This document shows positions 18,915 through 28,803 of a stretch of DNA of 64,000 nt, in pieces. Source of the stretch: an uncultured Gammaproteobacteria bacterium (GTDB lineage Bacteria; Patescibacteriota; Microgenomatia; CAYQLK01); NCBI GenBank assembly GCA_964404855.1, contig CAYOLO010000001.1, positions 222,894 to 286,893 of the forward strand. Direction: 5' to 3'. How positions within the stretch are numbered: the first letter of the stretch is position 1; the number at the start of each line of letters is the position of its first letter. The notes under the pieces are model-generated. The model worked only from the letters and a program-made list of their open reading frames with translations. It was not told the DNA's origin and did no database searches. The position numbers and the translations under genes are program-made.

Positions 18915-20261
18915 TTGAAATTAGGTTTTTTTGGAGCAGATAGAGGGGTAACTGGAAGTAATCATCTAGTGGAATTCGGAGAGACTAAGGTGCTTTTCGA
19001 TTGTGGGATGTATCAGTGTGGTAAGTTTTGCGAAATCGAAAACCATAAACCTTTTGTTTACGATCCAGCGAGTGTAGCGGCAGTATTTGTCTCTCATCCC
19101 CATGCGGATCATTGTGGAAAGTTGCCAAAATTGTACAAAGATGGTTTCCGTGGCAAGGTTTATTGTACTGCTCCAGCAAGAAAATTGGCTCAGGTCGTAT
19201 TAGAGGATAGTGCGAAGTTGATTGGGAGAGAAGCGAGAAAAGATAATATTGAACCGCTTTTTACGCTCGAACATGTTGATGGGGTGATGCAACATTTTGT
19301 TGATTTGGACTATCATACTGAAGTAGAAATCGGAGGTGGAAGATTTAGACTACTTGATGCAGGACATATTTTGGGTTCAGCTATGGTGGTTGGAGAAATC
19401 GAAGGTCGAACTTTGGTTTTTAGTGGAGATTTGGGTAACTCACCAGCACCGCTATTGCAACCAACGGAGACATTACGAAAAGCTGATTTCGTAATTATGG
19501 AATCAACTTATGGTAATCGGTTGCATGAATCGGTAACGGAAAGAGAAAGAAAATTATTGGAAGTTATTCTCGAAGTTGTACAAAATCGCGGAGTATTATT
19601 AATTCCAAGTTTTGCGATTGAGAGGACTCAGGAGTTGTTGCACGATATTGACCATATCCTTGAGGCGAATAATTTAGGGAAGATTAAGGTTTTCCTTGAT
19701 TCGCCAATGGCTATAAAAGCTACAGAAATATACGAAGAATCGTTTAGTTACTTGTCGGACAAGATTAAGGATCACGAAACAGCAAACACTTTGTTTAATT
19801 TCCCACAACTTGAGTTTACGGAATCGAAAGAGGATTCATTAGATATTGATAACGAGAGTAATCCAAAAATAATTATCGCGGGAAGCGGAATGATGAATGG
19901 CGGAAGAATACTTTCGCATGCGGTAAAAGTGTTGCCTGATCCGAAAAACGTTTTGTTAATTGTTGGCTACCAGTCCGAAGGTACTTTAGGTAGGAGGTTA
20001 TTGGAAGGTGAGAGAAAGGTAAGAATTGAAGGGAAAGATGTGTCAGTACAAGCTAGGGTAAAAGCTATTGGTAGCTATTCGGCACACGCTGATCAAAACC
20101 AAATTTTGATGTGGTTTAAGGCAATGGGAAGAATGCCGGAAAAAGTGTTTTTGGTTCACGGTGAAATAGATCAAGCACAAGGACTAGCTGATAAATTAAA
20201 AGCTGAGGGTATTTGTGATGACGTTGTTATTCCATCGTTTGGAGAGGTATTTGAGATTTAG
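18915..20261 (+). CDS. Metallo-beta-lactamase fold beta-CASP ribonuclease (CPSF/RNase J-like)
   Basis: It has the 'HPHADHCG' MBL motif, is about 450 aa and carries C-terminal beta-CASP His motifs. Confidence 0.7.
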   Translation: MKLGFFGADRGVTGSNHLVEFGETKVLFDCGMYQCGKFCEIENHKPFVYDPASVAAVFVSHPHADHCGKLPKLYKDGFRGKVYCTAPARKLAQVVLEDSAKLIGREARKDNIEPLFTLEHVDGVMQHFVDLDYHTEVEIGGGRFRLLDAGHILGSAMVVGEIEGRTLVFSGDLGNSPAPLLQPTETLRKADFVIMESTYGNRLHESVTERERKLLEVILEVVQNRGVLLIPSFAIERTQELLHDIDHILEANNLGKIKVFLDSPMAIKATEIYEESFSYLSDKIKDHETANTLFNFPQLEFTESKEDSLDIDNESNPKIIIAGSGMMNGGRILSHAVKVLPDPKNVLLIVGYQSEGTLGRRLLEGERKVRIEGKDVSVQARVKAIGSYSAHADQNQILMWFKAMGRMPEKVFLVHGEIDQAQGLADKLKAEGICDDVVIPSFGEVFEI

Positions 20262-20305
20262 AAAATCAATTTGACACAAGTTATCTCAAAAGACAAAGAT
20301 TAGTT

Positions 20306-20917
20306 ATGGCAGTAAAAATCAAGCGCATTTCATTTTTGGGTTACTCAACAACTTATCCAGGTGAGGAGTTATATCGTGACGCTTATGAGACCGCAAAAGC
20401 TGTAGCAGAAGCTGGATACACGATTGTGAATGGTGGAGGGACTGGTGTAATGGAAGCAGCCAGTAAGGGTGGAAAAGCAGGCGGTGGCGAGGTAATTGGG
20501 GTAACATTTTATCCAAAAGGTGCAACGCACTTTGAAGGTAGGGACACACACAATCCAATGGATCGAGAAATAATTACTGAAAATTATCTCGAGCGAACCT
20601 TGAAACTACTTGAAATCGGAGAAATCTATGTGATTTTTAATGGCGGAACTGGGACGATTTCGGAGTTTGGGATGGCTTGGGGGATGAGTAGAATATATTT
20701 TGGCCACCACAAACCGATGGTTTTGTATGGAAATTTTTGGGAAAAAATTATTAAAACTTTTGAGGAAAATATGCTACTTAGACCAGAGGAGTTGAAGGTC
20801 TATGAGATTGCGACGACTCCAAAAGAAACCGTTGAAGCAATAAAGAGACTGCAAAAAAGGATGAAGAAGGTTCATGATCATGGTAATTTGGGAAGTGAAA
20901 AATCCTTTATTATTTAA
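20306..20917 (+). CDS. LOG-family (TIGR00730) nucleotide 5'-monophosphate nucleosidase-like protein
   Basis: It has 'VNGGGTGVMEAASKG' and a 'NGGTGTISEFGMAW' PGGxGTxxE-like motif. Confidence 0.7.
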   Translation: MAVKIKRISFLGYSTTYPGEELYRDAYETAKAVAEAGYTIVNGGGTGVMEAASKGGKAGGGEVIGVTFYPKGATHFEGRDTHNPMDREIITENYLERTLKLLEIGEIYVIFNGGTGTISEFGMAWGMSRIYFGHHKPMVLYGNFWEKIIKTFEENMLLRPEELKVYEIATTPKETVEAIKRLQKRMKKVHDHGNLGSEKSFII

Positions 20918-20941
20918 TGGTATTAACTGCATAATATAAAT

Positions 20942-21784
20942 ATGACTGTCCAAGAATTAGAGTTGACGGCAAATACCGTAAGGCAAGATATTATTAAGAT
21001 GTTAGTTGAAGCTGGATCTGGCCATTCTGCGGGACCATTAGGGTCAGCAGATATTTTTACCACACTTTATTTCGCAGAAATGGATGTCGATCCAAAAGAT
21101 CCAAGAAAAGAAGACAGAGATAGATTTGTTTTAAGCTGTGGACATTATTGTCCGGTTTGGTATGCGACGATGGCTAATCGCGGGTTTTTTTCCAGAGAAG
21201 AGCTTATGACTTTGAGAAAGTTCGGTACGCGTTTGCAGGGGCACCCGCACAATATGGCTTTACCTGGAGTAGAAAACTCTTCAGGACCATTGGGGCAGGG
21301 GCTTAGCCAGGCAATTGGTATGGCGATGACAGCAAGAATGGATAAGAAAAAATGGCGAACTTATTGTATGACTAGTGACGGGGAGCATAATGAAGGTCAG
21401 ATTTGGGAAGCGATAATGTTTGCAGGAAAAGAACGGCTAGATAATTTGGTTTCAATAATTGACAGAAATAATATTCAGATTGATGGGGACACTGAAGATG
21501 TGATGCCTTTGGAGCCGTTAGGGGATAAATATAAGGCTTTTGGTTGGCATGTAATAGATATTAATGGTAATGATATTAGTGCGCTTTTGGAGGCATATAA
21601 AGAGGCGGATAGCGTGAGACAAATGCCTTCAGTGATAATTGCGCACACGACACCTGGAATGGGTGTGGAGTTTATGGAAGATGATTTTAAGTGGCATGGA
21701 ATGCCGCCAAACAAAGAACAGGCTAAAGAGGCATTAAACGAATTAAGAACATTAAGAGGAAGGATAAGAGCAGAACATGAGTGA
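20942..21784 (+). CDS. tktA: Transketolase, N-terminal (TPP-binding) subunit
   Basis: It has the TPP-binding 'GHSAGPLGSADIFT…' region. Split two-gene transketolase is typical of small genomes. Confidence 0.9.
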   Translation: MTVQELELTANTVRQDIIKMLVEAGSGHSAGPLGSADIFTTLYFAEMDVDPKDPRKEDRDRFVLSCGHYCPVWYATMANRGFFSREELMTLRKFGTRLQGHPHNMALPGVENSSGPLGQGLSQAIGMAMTARMDKKKWRTYCMTSDGEHNEGQIWEAIMFAGKERLDNLVSIIDRNNIQIDGDTEDVMPLEPLGDKYKAFGWHVIDINGNDISALLEAYKEADSVRQMPSVIIAHTTPGMGVEFMEDDFKWHGMPPNKEQAKEALNELRTLRGRIRAEHE

Positions 21785-22751
21785 TATTAAGGATTATTTA
21801 GCAAAAGATTTTTTAACAAAGCCTGAATTAAAACCGACTCGAGATGGGTTTGGTACTGGTTTGGTTAAAGTTGGTCATTTGGACGAGAATGTGGTGGTAA
21901 TTTGTGCAGATCTGACTGATTCGACGAGAAGTGCGGCATTTGCAAAAGAATTTCCTGAAAGATTTATTGAGGTTGGGGTAGCTGAACAAAATATGATGGG
22001 AATAGCGGCTGGCATGGCTTTGTCTGGTAAGGTGCCATTTATTAGTTCTTATGCTGTATTTAATCCAGGTAGGAATTGGGATCAGTTGAGAGTGTCGGTC
22101 GCGTATTCTAAAGCAAATGTTAAAATAGCTGGAGCACATGCGGGGATTAGTGTTGGACCAGATGGTGCAACACATCAAGCTTTAGAAGATATGGCGATTG
22201 TTAGAGTGCTGCCAAATATGACGGTGATTGCGCCTTGTGATTGGGTCGAATGTGAGAAAGCAACGATTGCTGTTGGGAAAATGTATGGACCAGCTTATGT
22301 AAGATTTGGGAGAGAAAATGTGGTGACTGTTACGACTGACAAAACTCCATTTGAAATCGGTAAAGCAGAAGTTTACAGAGAAGGGAAAGATGTAACGGTT
22401 GTTGCTTGTGGAGTAATGGTTTTTGAGGCGTTAAAAGCCGCAGAAGAGATGTCAAAAGACGGGGTTGAGTTAGAGGTAATTAATTGCCACACAATTAAAC
22501 CAATAGACATTAGAACCATAATTGAGTCGGCCAAAAAAACAGGTAAAGTGGTGACAGCTGAAGAACATCAGATTAATGGTGCTCTAGGTAGTGCAGTTGC
22601 TGAAGCTTTAAGTGAAAATTGTCCTGTTCCTCTAGCTAGAGTAGGAGTACTTGATACTTTTGGTGAATCAGGCAAGCCAGATGAGCTTATGGACGCTTAC
22701 TTACTAAGATCAAAAGATATTGTAAGAAAAGTAAAAAGTTTAATTAAATAA
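21777..22751 (+). CDS. tktB: Transketolase, C-terminal (pyrimidine-binding) subunit
   Basis: It overlaps the preceding gene by 8 nt and carries 'EVGVAEQNMMGIAAGMA'. Confidence 0.9.
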   Translation: MSDIKDYLAKDFLTKPELKPTRDGFGTGLVKVGHLDENVVVICADLTDSTRSAAFAKEFPERFIEVGVAEQNMMGIAAGMALSGKVPFISSYAVFNPGRNWDQLRVSVAYSKANVKIAGAHAGISVGPDGATHQALEDMAIVRVLPNMTVIAPCDWVECEKATIAVGKMYGPAYVRFGRENVVTVTTDKTPFEIGKAEVYREGKDVTVVACGVMVFEALKAAEEMSKDGVELEVINCHTIKPIDIRTIIESAKKTGKVVTAEEHQINGALGSAVAEALSENCPVPLARVGVLDTFGESGKPDELMDAYLLRSKDIVRKVKSLIK

Positions 22752-22752
22752 A

Positions 22753-23730
22753 ATGTTTGATTTAATCGCCATTGGGGATACATCAAGAGATGTTTTTAAT
22801 GTTGTTCCTGAAGAAACGGCTTACTGTAGTATTGACACTAAAGAGTGCGTAATCGCGTTTAACTACGGAGACAAGATAATTGTTGAGGAGATGGTTACGA
22901 CAATTGGTGGTAATTCGGCAAACGTAGCAGTCGGAGCCTCAAGGCTTGGACTAAATTCTGCACTTTATACACAAATTGGTGACGACGAAGTGGGGCAGGT
23001 AATAATAAGTGAACTAAAAAAAGAAAAAGTTTCGCCAAATTATGTTTTGGTTGAAAAAAACAAGAGAAGTAATTACACAACGGCGATTTCTTTTCAGGGG
23101 GAGAGGACATTGTTTGTGTACCACGAGCCGAGAGTTTATGAGTTGCCTGATTTGGAAAAATCGGCCTGGGTATATCTAAGTTCAACTGGTAATGGGTTTG
23201 AAAAAATGCATAGCCAAGCTGTGGAGTATGTAAAAAGAGTAGGGGCAAAACTGGCTTATAATCCTGGGAGTCATCAGATGAAAGCTGGAATGAGTGTAAT
23301 GGGTCCGGTGATTATGAGTAGTGAAATTGTTTTTTTGAATCGTGAAGAGACGGCCAGAATATTAGGAGATGGTTATGATGCTTCGGATGATGTCAAAAAA
23401 TTAATGGATGGAGTAATTAATTTGGGGGCAAAAATTGCAGTACTTACTGATGGTCCATCTGGATCTTATGCAACGGACGGGAAAAATTACTGGAACTGTG
23501 GAATATTTGATGCACCAATTGTAGACAGAACTGGTTGTGGTGATGCTTTTTCTACTGGGTTTACTGTAGCTATTTCTAAAGGTTTGGATATACCAACAGC
23601 GATGGTTTGGGGAACAATGGAGAGCGCTGGAGTGATTGCAGTTATGGGACCGCAAGGCGGATTGTTAACAGCTCAAGAGATGGAGAGAGTGGTAAGTCAA
23701 AATCCAGATTTTAAAGCTAAGTTAATTTAA
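22753..23730 (+). CDS. PfkB-family carbohydrate/nucleoside kinase (ribokinase-like)
   Basis: It has the 'DRTGCGDAFSTGF' anion-hole/catalytic Asp motif and a GG motif near the N-terminus. Confidence 0.8.
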   Translation: MFDLIAIGDTSRDVFNVVPEETAYCSIDTKECVIAFNYGDKIIVEEMVTTIGGNSANVAVGASRLGLNSALYTQIGDDEVGQVIISELKKEKVSPNYVLVEKNKRSNYTTAISFQGERTLFVYHEPRVYELPDLEKSAWVYLSSTGNGFEKMHSQAVEYVKRVGAKLAYNPGSHQMKAGMSVMGPVIMSSEIVFLNREETARILGDGYDASDDVKKLMDGVINLGAKIAVLTDGPSGSYATDGKNYWNCGIFDAPIVDRTGCGDAFSTGFTVAISKGLDIPTAMVWGTMESAGVIAVMGPQGGLLTAQEMERVVSQNPDFKAKLI

Positions 23731-23802
23731 TTGTTTTTTATTCCATTGTTCACTTTAAGCTCTTTGGCTTGCATTGCGTTAGAGCACTTTATAGGATATA
23801 AA

Positions 23803-23843
23803 AAGTCAAAAAAAGCCCCTAAGTCTGTGAAGACTAAAGGGGC
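23803..23843 (-). terminator. Intrinsic terminator for the adenylosuccinate-lyase (purB) gene
   Basis: The + strand reads A-run, then GCCCCTaAGTCT-GTGA-AGACTaaAGGGGC. On the minus strand this is a hairpin followed by TTTTTTT. Confidence 0.55.
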
Positions 23844-23863
23844 TAAGGTAAGGCGGAGACAGC

Positions 23864-25330
23864 TTACAGGTTTAGCTGTTTTCTCCAGTTGGCGACGATT
23901 GTGCCTGTTTTGGTTTTGGCGATGCCAGTGTAGAGCGTTGGGTCTTGCAGGACGAGGCGTTGCTTCGGGCTCATTCTGGCGATGTACGAAGCAAGTTCTG
24001 GGTCTTGGTTAAGAATGTCTTCCATTCCTTTGCCTTCACGAATCGCTTGCTGTGTTAGTTTGCGGACTTTTTCGTGCGCGTCTGGGTGACCGAGGAAGGC
24101 GAGGATGATCTGAAGTGGTTCGGCCAAAATCAGACCTTTTTGTAGGTTGAGATTGGCTGACATGTTGCCTTGGTCGACTTCGAGCTTGGCGATGATACGG
24201 CTGAGTCTCTTGGAGCTGACAACGAGGTAATTGACGCTTTCGCCGTAGGTTCGACCCGAGGCAGAGTTGGTCAAATCTCTTTGGTGCTCGCTGAGCTGGT
24301 CTAGGAAAACCGTGACAAGACGGCCAATGCTGGTTTTCCAGAGACTTTTCGCGTTCTCGAGGCCGATAGGGTTTCGTTTTTGCGGCATTATCGAAGAGCC
24401 GACCTGTTCTTCTTCGAATGGTTCTCCAACTTCGCCGATTTCGGTCCGTTGCAGGTGCCTGAGGCTGTCTGAAAGATCAGCAAGGATTCCGTGTGCGATG
24501 GTTATTTCGCACATCAGACGAATCATTGGCTCGGGCGGAGCGATTTGGGTCGAGTGCTCGGCGGGTTTAAGGCCGAGAATGAAGAGGATTTCACGTTCGA
24601 ATTCCTCAGGGTCATCGAAAAAGAGTGAGGAGGCATTGTAGGCTCCAACTGAGCCTGAGAACTTGCCTTCGAGTTCTTTGGCGAGACTTTCGAGCTTTTC
24701 AATCGATTGGCCAAGCCTAACGACGAAGCCTGCGACGAAGAATCCGAAGGTGAGGGGCGAAGCGTGTTGTCCGTGAGTTCGGCCGACCTCGACTGTTTCT
24801 GCTTCGCGAGAAGCAAGTTCAATCAAAAATCGCTCGAGTTTTTTTAGTTCAGGAATGACGACTTTTATTGTCACATCCCTAAAGCGCATGGCCGTGGCGG
24901 TGTCTCTGATGTCAAAAGAAGTAGCCGGCGTGTGAACGAACGGCTTATTTTTTTTGCTCAGACGGTTTCTAATCAGGTTGACGAGGGCACGAATATCGTG
25001 CTTAATTCGGTTTTCTTCCTGATAGATTTGGTGGGTTGTGATCTGTTTGGCGGCGCGTTCAACTTGCTCAACCGCAGAAGCTGGAGCCATGCCTCGTCTG
25101 TTGAGCACAGTGACGAGAGCAAGTTCAACCTGCAGAAGGTAGCCAGTGAAGGCGTTCTCGGAGAGGTATTTGGCAACATCGGAATCCCAGTACCGATAGT
25201 CGGCGGGGGAGATGCTGTCGTAGACATCACGAGTAAGAAAGCGCGGAAGTCTGACCATCCTTTTGTCCTTGTAACGTGCGAAATTTCCAAGCTCGCTTAT
25301 TAGCGAACTATAGGTTGGCAAGGTTAGCAT
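23864..25330 (-). CDS. purB: Adenylosuccinate lyase family protein (fumarate lyase superfamily), compositionally GC-rich
   Basis: It has the 'GSSIMPQKRNPI' fumarate-lyase signature and is 488 aa. GC and codon usage (GCC, CTC, CCG, ACG) differ clearly from the surroundings. Confidence 0.8.
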   Translation of the reverse strand: MLTLPTYSSLISELGNFARYKDKRMVRLPRFLTRDVYDSISPADYRYWDSDVAKYLSENAFTGYLLQVELALVTVLNRRGMAPASAVEQVERAAKQITTHQIYQEENRIKHDIRALVNLIRNRLSKKNKPFVHTPATSFDIRDTATAMRFRDVTIKVVIPELKKLERFLIELASREAETVEVGRTHGQHASPLTFGFFVAGFVVRLGQSIEKLESLAKELEGKFSGSVGAYNASSLFFDDPEEFEREILFILGLKPAEHSTQIAPPEPMIRLMCEITIAHGILADLSDSLRHLQRTEIGEVGEPFEEEQVGSSIMPQKRNPIGLENAKSLWKTSIGRLVTVFLDQLSEHQRDLTNSASGRTYGESVNYLVVSSKRLSRIIAKLEVDQGNMSANLNLQKGLILAEPLQIILAFLGHPDAHEKVRKLTQQAIREGKGMEDILNQDPELASYIARMSPKQRLVLQDPTLYTGIAKTKTGTIVANWRKQLNL

Positions 25331-25406
25331 TTTTGTTTGGAAGTTGCAAATAAAACTTGGTAAAAATTAGTTAATGCGATATTGTTGAGATAGAGAGGAA
25401 AATTAA

Positions 25407-26375
25407 ATGATGAAAGTTTTTGTAACTAGGCCGATACCTGAACCTGGAATAAGTATGCTTAAAGAAGCAGGGTACGAGGTTGAAATAAATACAGAGGATA
25501 GAGTATTAACTACGGAAGAGCTTAAGGAAAAAATATCTGGAGTTGATGCAGTTTTATCTTTGTTAACTGACAAAATAACTCCTGACGTTTTGGAATCTGC
25601 GGGTAGTAACCTAAAAATCGTAGCTAATTATGCTGTGGGTTTTGACAATATTGATTTGGAGGTCGCAGCATCAAAAAATGTGGCGGTGACTAATACTCCA
25701 GGAGTTTTGACGGAAGCAGTGGCAGAACATTCCTTGGCACTTATTATGGCTGTAGCTAGAAAAATTGTGGAAGCTGATAAATATGTCAGAGATGGTAAAT
25801 ACAAACAGTGGGAGCCCGCACTTTTGGTGGGGGAAGAAATGTTTGGAAAGACAATTGGAATCGTTGGAATGGGTAGAATTGGCAGTTATTTAGCCAAAAT
25901 TTGCGCTGCAGGACTGGAGATGAAGGTTTTGTATCAGGATATGATGAGGAATGATTTGATGGAGGGTGAGTTTGGGATACAAAAAGTCGAGCTTGATCAA
26001 TTGGTGAGAGAATCTGACATTATTTCTGTTCACACACCACTAACTGACGAAACAAAACATTTGATTGATGAAGAAGAGTTCGCAGCTATGAAGCCAAATG
26101 TGATTCTTATAAATACTTCTCGTGGTCCAGTGGTGTCGGAGGCGGCACTTATTAATGCGCTTAAGTCTGGCAAAATTGCTGGGGCGGGAATTGATGTGTA
26201 TGAATTTGAGCCTGAAATATCACCAGAACTAATGAGTGTGCCCAATTTGGTAATGACGCCTCATATTGCTTCAGCTACGACAAAAGCCCGACAGAGTATG
26301 AGTGAGATTGCCGCGAAAAATATAATTGCTGTTCTTTCTGGACAGCCAGCACTTAACCAAGTTGTAAAAAAATGA
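25407..26375 (+). CDS. D-isomer specific 2-hydroxyacid dehydrogenase (glycerate/phosphoglycerate dehydrogenase family)
   Basis: It has the 'GIVGMGRIGSYLA' NAD-binding motif and the catalytic His/Glu/Arg pattern. Confidence 0.85.
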   Translation: MMKVFVTRPIPEPGISMLKEAGYEVEINTEDRVLTTEELKEKISGVDAVLSLLTDKITPDVLESAGSNLKIVANYAVGFDNIDLEVAASKNVAVTNTPGVLTEAVAEHSLALIMAVARKIVEADKYVRDGKYKQWEPALLVGEEMFGKTIGIVGMGRIGSYLAKICAAGLEMKVLYQDMMRNDLMEGEFGIQKVELDQLVRESDIISVHTPLTDETKHLIDEEEFAAMKPNVILINTSRGPVVSEAALINALKSGKIAGAGIDVYEFEPEISPELMSVPNLVMTPHIASATTKARQSMSEIAAKNIIAVLSGQPALNQVVKK

Positions 26376-27130
26376 CAACTCAAGAATCAATTAAGCTTTT
26401 AATCAAAAATTCAAAAGCCCTTTGGTTGGCTTATGATCAAGGAATGGAGCACGGAACGATTGATTTTAATGAAGATAACATTGACCCAAAATATATACTC
26501 GATATTGCGGTTTCAGGCTATTACAGTGGTGTAATTGTTGGACGTGGAATAGCCGAAAAATATTATCAGGATGAAAAATATAAAGGTAAAGTTCCTTTAA
26601 TTATTAAGGTCAACGGAAAGACAAGATTTCATAGGGATGATCCAATTTCTTCACAACTTTGTACGGTTGATGAGGCAAAAGCTTTGGGGGCTGTGGCTGT
26701 AGGCTACACGGTTTATGTCGGTGCGCCGTCGGAGCACATTATGATGAGGGAGTTTGCAAGACTAGTTAGTGAGGCTCACGAAAAAGGTTTGGCAGTAGTT
26801 GGGTGGATGTATCCGAGAGGTAAGTTGGTTGGAGAATTAACACCAGAAATAATTGCTTATGCGGCACGCGTTGGTATGGAAGTTGGGGCTGATTTTGTAA
26901 AGGTTAGTTATCCTAAGAGTTTGAAAAATATGGAGTGGACTGTTAAGGCTGCAGGAAGAACACATGTGATGATTGCGGGTGGTGATGCGAGTGAAGAAGC
27001 AGAGTTTTTAAAGATGACTAAAACCGTAATTGAGTCTGGAGCGACAGGGCTTGCGGTGGGTAGAAATGTCTGGCAGGCAAAAAACCCAGTTGAGATTAGT
27101 AAAAAGTTAAACGAGATTGTTTTTGGTTAA
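26372..27130 (+). CDS. Class I fructose-bisphosphate aldolase, DhnA/FbaB (archaeal-type) family
   Basis: It is a TIM barrel of about 250 aa with the 'VKVSYP…GLAVGRNVWQ' region typical of DhnA-type aldolases. Confidence 0.7.
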   Translation: MTTQESIKLLIKNSKALWLAYDQGMEHGTIDFNEDNIDPKYILDIAVSGYYSGVIVGRGIAEKYYQDEKYKGKVPLIIKVNGKTRFHRDDPISSQLCTVDEAKALGAVAVGYTVYVGAPSEHIMMREFARLVSEAHEKGLAVVGWMYPRGKLVGELTPEIIAYAARVGMEVGADFVKVSYPKSLKNMEWTVKAAGRTHVMIAGGDASEEAEFLKMTKTVIESGATGLAVGRNVWQAKNPVEISKKLNEIVFG

Positions 27131-27188
27131 AGAGTTAGTTGATTCAGGTTTGAATATTCATATTTTATTGGTCTAGAATAGCGGGAAG

Positions 27189-28055
27189 ATGTTTTTACCC
27201 TTTGTGGGAGCTTTTGTTTTGGCTCTAATTTTTATTACTAGCAGTGTTTTTTGGGGCAACCTAAATACCAAGGTTGAAATTAAGATGGAGCCTCAGGCGC
27301 AGATAAACCAAGTGTCTGTTTTGCCAGAAAATAGTGTAGAAATTAGAAAAGAAATTGATTTTGGTGAAATGCGGGACAAGGTCGAAGAGATTGTTAATCA
27401 GTATGAAAGTGACATTGGTGTAAGTTTTAAGGATTTGGTTACGAATGAAACTTGGGGAATAAACGATGACAAAGTATTTACTGCGGCTTCGACGATGAAA
27501 GTTTTGGCGGTTTCGGCTTTGTATGATGCTGTTGAAAGAGATGTAGTTAGTTTGGAGAAGAGTGTGGGTGGAATAGCGCTTAGGGAGCACGCAAGACTGG
27601 CTTTGGAAGTATCAGATAATAATTCTTGGGAGACAATAAATAACACGGTCGGATATAAAAATTTACAAAATTACGCTCTTAATTTGGACCTAGCTGATGT
27701 TGATGTTTTTAATAATTCTATAACCGCGCTTAATTTTCGAGTGCTTTTGGAAAAGCTATATCGAGGACAGTTGTTAAACAATACAAACACAAAAGAAGTG
27801 TTGTCGTTTATGGATCACACTGAGACTGAAAATAGGATACCTGCAGGTATTGATGGGGCGGAGGTTATTTATCACAAAACTGGAACGCTAGACGCATTGA
27901 CTCACGATGGGGCGATTGTTAAGAGCGGACAAGGAGATTATATTTTGACTGTTTATACGGAGTTTTTGGAAGGGGATGTTGATGAAAGATCAGCAGTAAT
28001 TGCAGAAATATCTAAAGTAGTTTGGGATGAATATAATCTCCAAATGCAAAATTAG
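27189..28055 (+). CDS. Class A beta-lactamase-related serine hydrolase (secreted or membrane-anchored)
   Basis: It has an N-terminal hydrophobic anchor plus the 'STMK' (SxxK), 'SDN' and 'KTG' motifs in canonical order. Confidence 0.65.
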   Translation: MFLPFVGAFVLALIFITSSVFWGNLNTKVEIKMEPQAQINQVSVLPENSVEIRKEIDFGEMRDKVEEIVNQYESDIGVSFKDLVTNETWGINDDKVFTAASTMKVLAVSALYDAVERDVVSLEKSVGGIALREHARLALEVSDNNSWETINNTVGYKNLQNYALNLDLADVDVFNNSITALNFRVLLEKLYRGQLLNNTNTKEVLSFMDHTETENRIPAGIDGAEVIYHKTGTLDALTHDGAIVKSGQGDYILTVYTEFLEGDVDERSAVIAEISKVVWDEYNLQMQN

Positions 28056-28098
28056 TTTTGCAACCTTATAAAAAGATATGTAAAATCAAAAGCTAATT

Positions 28099-28779
28099 AT
28101 GTTAAGTCGAATTCCTATTGCAGCTTGGTTCGCGATTGCCACAACAGTACTACTAGTTGTTGGTATGGTGATTGTTTGGAAGACAACAGGAGGGGCAAAA
28201 GCGCCTTCAGTGAATGCGACGGTTGATGCTCCAATCGAAATAAAACCTGAGCTGTATGACAAGGTTGTGCGCGATGATAGTTGGACAAGACAAGGGACAA
28301 GAGACGCAAAAGTAACAGTTGTTGAGTATGGTGATTTTCAATGTCCAGCTTGTGGTGTGGCTTATCAACCACTTAAAGAGCTTGAAGAAGAATACAAGGA
28401 AAAAAGTGTAAGGTTTGTTTACCGTCATTTTCCTTTAACACAAATACACCCGTTTGCTTACAGGGCTGCAGAAGCTGCTGAGGCAGCAGGTGCTCAGGGT
28501 AAGTTTTTTGAGATGCACGACAAAACTTATGAGAATCAAACCAAACTTAGTGATGATGATTTGAAGGCTTATGCTAAAGAGGTCGTGCCAGATTTTGCCA
28601 AATGGGAAGAGGATTTTAAATCTGGAAAATATAGAGGGAGAGTAGATCAAGATATGGCGGATGCAAATGTTTTGGGAGCATCATCGACGCCAACTTTTAT
28701 TGTTAATAATAAAATAATTGCTCACGGGCAGGGCTTGTCTAATTTGCGTGCGGTTATCGAAGCAGAATTGGCAAAATAA
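28099..28779 (+). CDS. DsbA-like thiol:disulfide oxidoreductase (thioredoxin fold), membrane-anchored
   Basis: It has an N-terminal TM and a 'CPAC' active site in a DsbA-like context. Confidence 0.75.
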   Translation: MLSRIPIAAWFAIATTVLLVVGMVIVWKTTGGAKAPSVNATVDAPIEIKPELYDKVVRDDSWTRQGTRDAKVTVVEYGDFQCPACGVAYQPLKELEEEYKEKSVRFVYRHFPLTQIHPFAYRAAEAAEAAGAQGKFFEMHDKTYENQTKLSDDDLKAYAKEVVPDFAKWEEDFKSGKYRGRVDQDMADANVLGASSTPTFIVNNKIIAHGQGLSNLRAVIEAELAK

Positions 28780-28803
28780 TTTTTAGTGAACTATAGAAAA
28801 TAA

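Noticed and set aside
23731-24012. 93-aa ORF, and other antisense ORFs (24267..24641, 24523..24822, 24932..25303, 24973..25290) opposite the purB-like gene
   Set aside because: They are shadow ORFs generated by the GC-rich purB-like gene on the other strand. They have Arg/Ser/Pro-rich low-complexity translations and no independent support.
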